Both the position numbers and the translations under genes were made by a program. From positions 6,726,201 through 6,790,200 of the forward strand of contig NC_092679.1 in assembly GCF_964355755.1 (NCBI RefSeq): DNA of 64,000 bases. Direction: 5' to 3'. This document shows, piece by piece, positions 61,401 through 64,000 of the stretch. Origin of the DNA: Antedon mediterranea (lineage: Eukaryota; Animalia; Echinodermata). Below the pieces are notes generated by a model. It did no database searches. It was not told where the DNA came from and was given only the letters and a program-made list of their open reading frames with translations. Position 1 is the stretch's first letter; each line of letters begins with the position of its first letter.

Positions 61401-64000
61401 ACAATGAGCTCCTATCAGCTCATTCTCCACATTCAGAAAGAATACAGGACTAGCCTTTACCTCTACCTATTGTAATCAATTCCCCTAATTTACTAAATTT
61501 TCTACAAATTAAACGAACTGATTAAAAGATATTTGCATTACCTTTTCTATTAGATCTATTACATCTTTTAACCTCCGGTTTAACAGATTCACTTGTACAT
61601 ATATGAAGCAAGAAAGATCGATATTTTGATTGTAACAGTTCATGACTTGTTAGCGTCACAAGTCCACTACACCCTGGTACATCGATCACAGAATCTAGCG
61701 AAAGTGGACCACAGATGATGTCGTTTTTATGACTTTCTAGAAAAACGGATTTCATTTTTTCTTCTGCTCCCTCTTCAACATCGCCAAGCAGCATATTCAT
61801 GGAGGAGGCAACGTTTTCTTGATATTTACGTTCTTTAGTATCCGAGAAAAGCATATCCATGCTGAAGTCTATTAATGAATCAACTGGAGTTGGCTCTTTG
61901 CCTAAACAGAAAAATATTTAAATATATATATTATCCTTCGCAATAGAACTAAATACAATTCAAATGTTTCAGGTAGTAATGCCAACACAATATGACGAAC
62001 TAGATAGCCTGTGGTTTCTAAAGAAATTGGGGTCTAGCTAAAATACTGAAGCTATCACAACAGCTATTGATTTGTAAGCATGTGTAGATAATTGAATAAC
62101 AAAGATCAAAATTATTCTACTGTAGTTTAATAATTAAAAAAACCTTGTTAAATAATTACCTAAACAGATTAAAGAGTAAACAAAACGTAGCTACTGCAGT
62201 AACTGCAGTAGAATAATTTCCCACAAAACTTGTACAAAAATAAACTTACTAAAACCATGTTGACTTGTCTGTTTCAACAATGTAATTTGAATGCCTGGTA
62301 CCCTATCACAGAAGTGCTGAAAATTCAGCTTAACATCAATGTGACCTACAACACTAGGTTTTGACAGAACAAGTTCAAACAGGTGTTCGTTAGCACTGAA
62401 AAAGAATATGTTTACAATTTTAGTAACGTTGTCATTAGTAGTGTTGAGCATACTACTGAAAAATCTTCTTGAGAATTAGCAAAATTAATGTTACAATGTG
62501 TTTGACGCATACAGAAAAAAGTAAACAAAACAGGACAATCAATACAAATAGTGGAGCTGTAGCTTGATGGTTTGTCTTCTAATTCCAAGGTCCGGGTTCA
62601 ACTCTGACCTAGTGCCAGGACTGTAACTCTACTCCACTCTCTAAACCTACAAATGAGACTACACTATCAAACTTTACAGTATTTGACACAAATATGTGAT
62701 GTGCACATATATGGACATGATGATCACTACCATATTAGAGCATATCACTACCATATTTGAGCACATCACACTTTTTTTGGTCAAACTAGATTGATAGTGT
62801 AGACAGAGCTTTAGTTTATAAGTACAGTAGTTATAAGGTATTACCCAGTAGTGGATAATTTCCATGTGCGTGTATGTTGCGTGGCATCACCATGATGTCT
62901 TTGATGGAGATGTTGTGGATGGCGCCGTTGCTGCTGCTCTTGTTGTATCTCGGTCCAGCACGGCGGCACAGTCGCAGAGAAACGTGGAATCAAAGTTTCA
63001 AACTTGGTTAATTCCGTCAATTGCTTTAGGTTCTCTGCTGTGATTGGTTGGTTGACAAGGCATTCAGGAGCTAAAGCACATGTTGATATTTGACAAATAG
63101 TAAAAAAAATATTAATACTTGGTTTGTTCGTCTTGGACCAATAAAGATTTTGTATTATTTTTGTAAAATAGAAGGAATCTGATGTTTCAATAAAAGAGTA
63201 ATCACAATTCGATTCAATTTAAGAAGTGTAATTGTAAAAATTATTTCAAAAGATAAAACTTACATTGCATAAATACAGCGTCTTGATCAGCTAACATCAT
63301 GTTAGACAAGTTCACATCACAATCAAGATCATCGGTAGGTGATTGGTCCGATGCTGACCCTTCAACTAATTGTAAAAATCGCAATTCTCCCGATTCTGTA
63401 CAGACGCTAACCCTCTCCATTCCCATACAGTAAGCGAGCGCAGCAAATTTATCTATGTTTTTCTTATCCGCGCTTCCTGCGTCTATTGGTAAAGGCGGAA
63501 GGTACGCCAGAGTGTCACAGGTTCCAATGTCCATAAAGATAACACCACCTTCTTTAGTTAAAGCTGCAAATTGGCCAAGGTTTTCAGCTGCTACACTGCC
63601 ATCTATCTCATCCTCTCCAATTGATTTTGTTGCAGTTTTCTTCATTACATCCGGGTTGTATAAATTTGATGCATCAACAGTATCATCAGTTTTATCCCCA
63701 TTAGACTCCCCTGGAAGCAGAACAATATTGCTTAAACTACGGCTTGGATCTTCTATCCGGAAACACTTTTGTAGAAGTAAATTTTCAATCATTCCCAACT
63801 TATCAAAACAGATTGTATAAACTAAAATATATCCACCGTACAGATTTTCATTCTTTGTGGATTGTCCTAAATTGACTTCATCCGCCGTAACATATGTAAC
63901 ATTCTCAAATGTATCGTCGGAGCTTATTTTTTCGCAAAGTTCTCCATTGACGTCGACGTTGTCGAAGTTACTTGGAGGATCTTTATCAGTATGGTTTTTA
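31483..64000 (-). CDS. BIRC6: BIRC6/BRUCE/Apollon giant E2/E3 IAP, 3' 48 exons (5' end with BIR domain beyond the window)
   Basis: Phase-consistent GT-AG exons: 63264-64000 (open to the edge), 62845-63070, 62250-62395, 61542-61901, 61035-61206, 60034-60201, 59606-59728, 59249-59500, 58228-58568, 57573-57691, 56583-56747, 55597-55732, 55137-55351, 54288-55036, 53774-53913, 53164-53322, 52606-52748, 51835-51939, 49884-50114, 49596-49779, 48963-49145, 47705-48633, 47246-47385, 45722-46719, 45295-45507, 44479-44679, 43818-44091, 42903-43153, 42488-42596, 42005-42223, 41491-41660, 40478-41362, 39957-40130, 39060-39341, 38624-38910, 38067-38313, 37647-37861, 37220-37396, 36513-36681, 35913-36111, 35279-35433, 34979-35077, 34486-34703, 33903-34064, 33411-33488, 33068-33256, 31947-32081, 31483-31797. 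Diagnostic BIRC6 peptides: [68 protein letters not shown]. Confidence 0.96.
32183..33050. mobile_element. TA-flanked Tc1/mariner-pogo-like MITE hosting a minisatellite
   Basis: TA-CAGTTGAA ... GGTTCTACGG-TA is a degenerate CAGTAGAACC/GGTTCTACTG. Short relatives lie at ~2405-2470, ~39795-39920, ~42630-42795 and ~56150-56510. Confidence 0.55.
32294..33039 (+). repeat. 32-bp minisatellite, ~23 copies (aaaggaggggtgttacaaagtagaggtgtctc)
   Basis: Near-perfect tandem array in a BIRC6 intron. Two units have a 2-bp deletion. Confidence 0.95.
33068..34703 (-). CDS. BIRC6: BIRC6 UBC (E2) domain exons with intact catalytic cysteine
   Basis: [17 protein letters not shown]...[14 protein letters not shown]|[19 protein letters not shown]...[11 protein letters not shown]|[19 protein letters not shown]. 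The Cys codon TGT is at 33483-33485. Confidence 0.95.
36888..37198 (+). repeat. 15-bp minisatellite, ~20 copies (aagataatgatgat(c/t))
   Basis: Directly visible. It lies in the BIRC6 intron 36682-37219. Confidence 0.95.
37452..37573. mobile_element. MITE family A
   Basis: agctctgtctacactatcaaa ... tttgatagtgtagacag. Confidence 0.8.
38390..38545. mobile_element. MITE family A
   Basis: gctctgtctacactatcag ... tttgatagtgtagatag. Confidence 0.75.
39608..39695. mobile_element. MITE family A (truncated)
   Basis: The internal motif and right TIR tttgatagtgtagacagag are present. Confidence 0.7.
42315..42435. mobile_element. MITE family A
   Basis: TAA-agctctgtctac ... gtagacagagct-TTA. Confidence 0.8.
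43277..43631 (-). mobile_element. (TA)n-flanked ~355-bp repeat with an internal tRNA-like gene (43386-43458)
   Basis: End-to-end reverse-complement homolog of 51072-51428, with tata runs on both sides. Confidence 0.8.
44857..45038. mobile_element. MITE family A with 3 internal ~21-bp repeats, TAA TSD
   Basis: TAA-agctctgtcta ... tttgatagtttaggct-TAA, with aaatatggtagtgatat repeated. Confidence 0.8.
49270..49585 (+). mobile_element. SINE family 2 with Deu/Nin-domain-like core
   Basis: The core cggataaggac.ataaacc.tag.tcc...ttaaagaacctagtgcatcttttgagatgagtagggggtcaccccggtgt resembles the recalled Deu-domain (AAACCGAGGTCC..TTAAA.ATCCC..AAGAGTAGGGGTGTAACCCCGGTGT). It ends in an ataaataaat tail. 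Confidence 0.65.
50249..50535 (+). mobile_element. SINE family 2, older copy
   Basis: Homologous to 49270-49585, with head tgagtggtctagacatc. Confidence 0.6.
50711..51453. mobile_element. Complex insertion of the tRNA-carrying (TA)n-flanked repeat (inverted end, partial tandem and full copy)
   Basis: Inverted 3' end 50728-50802, direct fragment 50818-50859, partial copy 50921-51063 and full copy 51072-51428, separated by TA runs. Confidence 0.8.
51246..51317 (+). tRNA. tRNA-like gene or pseudogene, anticodon ATC (Asp-type), inside a repeat
   Basis: GCCCCAG TG GTCT AATGGTTA GGAC A TCTGC ATATCAA GCAGG CGGT CCGAG TTCGAGT CTCGG TTGGGGC G. All four stems pair (with G-U), length is 72 nt, the discriminator is G, and TTTTT follows 2 nt downstream. 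A32 is non-canonical, so it is probably not a translating tRNA. Confidence 0.55.
52437..52576. mobile_element. MITE family B
   Basis: agctttgttcccact ... agggaacaagct with an internal ccaatca/tgattgg palindrome. Confidence 0.7.
52972..53125. mobile_element. MITE family C
   Basis: TIRs aggccaatttacacagacgagcgg / tcgctcatctgtgtaaattggcct. Confidence 0.8.
53614..53763. mobile_element. MITE family A, ending about 10 bp from a BIRC6 donor site
   Basis: agcctagtctacactat ... tttgatagtgtagacagagct. Confidence 0.8.
55793..55902. mobile_element. MITE family B
   Basis: agcgtggttcccactaga ... tctagtgggaagcacgct. Confidence 0.75.
57120..57355 (+). repeat. Imperfect ~110-125-bp tandem duplication
   Basis: ttataccacaacatactaaatgcatgtat...tataagttgatcctgtgtta...ttttcacaatgtggtatccatatgtattgtttaa occurs twice. 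Confidence 0.8.
57735..57839. mobile_element. MITE family A, TAA TSD
   Basis: TAA-agctcagtctacactatc ... gatagtgtagacaaggct-TAA. Confidence 0.8.
59892..60021. mobile_element. MITE family A
   Basis: agctctgtatacactatc ... tttgatagtgtaga. It abuts the BIRC6 donor at 60033. Confidence 0.75.
60796..60943. mobile_element. MITE family A
   Basis: agccttgtctacactatcaaa ... tttgatagtgtagacagagct. Confidence 0.8.
61250..61468 (+). mobile_element. tRNA-derived SINE (family 1)
   Basis: TAGCCGAGTGG ... GGTTCAATTCC ... cactcggctgtaaatgagtac ... gaggcttagtacaatgagctcct. Homolog of 15823-16070. Confidence 0.8.
62657..62809. mobile_element. MITE family A
   Basis: ctacactatcaaact ... gatagtgtagacagagct. 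Confidence 0.75.

Noticed and set aside
31557-63820. Plus-strand ORFs opposite BIRC6 exons (for example 45195-45560, 48334-48639, 63455-63820)
   Set aside because: These are antisense shadows of coding exons with no independent features.

Overview
AT-rich, intron-rich animal genomic DNA. The repeat content suggests an invertebrate deuterostome such as an echinoderm (inference). It is not prokaryotic, and there is no CRISPR array, rRNA or operon. Three protein-coding genes were reconstructed exon by exon with GT-AG boundaries and consistent phases. (1) A 4-coding-exon TWIK-subfamily two-pore K+ channel (KCNK1/6/7-like, 329 aa, minus, 14268-21329). (2) LRR1 (422 aa, plus, 25273-27573), divergent from the channel gene. 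(3) The 3' 48 exons of BIRC6/BRUCE (minus, 31483 to beyond 64000), including the UBC domain with its catalytic Cys. The BIR exon lies outside the window. Non-coding DNA holds many non-autonomous elements: TWA-flanked MITEs, Mutator-like elements with 9-10 bp TSDs, HINE/DINE-like elements, tRNA-derived SINEs, an L2-like LINE 3' end and minisatellites. The most unusual features are: a ~355-bp (TA)n-flanked repeat carrying an internal, fully paired tRNA-like cloverleaf (anticodon ATC) with its own T5 terminator; a complex copy of that repeat containing an exact 36-bp inverted copy of a nearby BIRC6 exon; and two related Mutator-like elements occupying the KCNK/LRR1 divergent promoter. All calls come from manual reading and recalled family knowledge. 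No searches were run.
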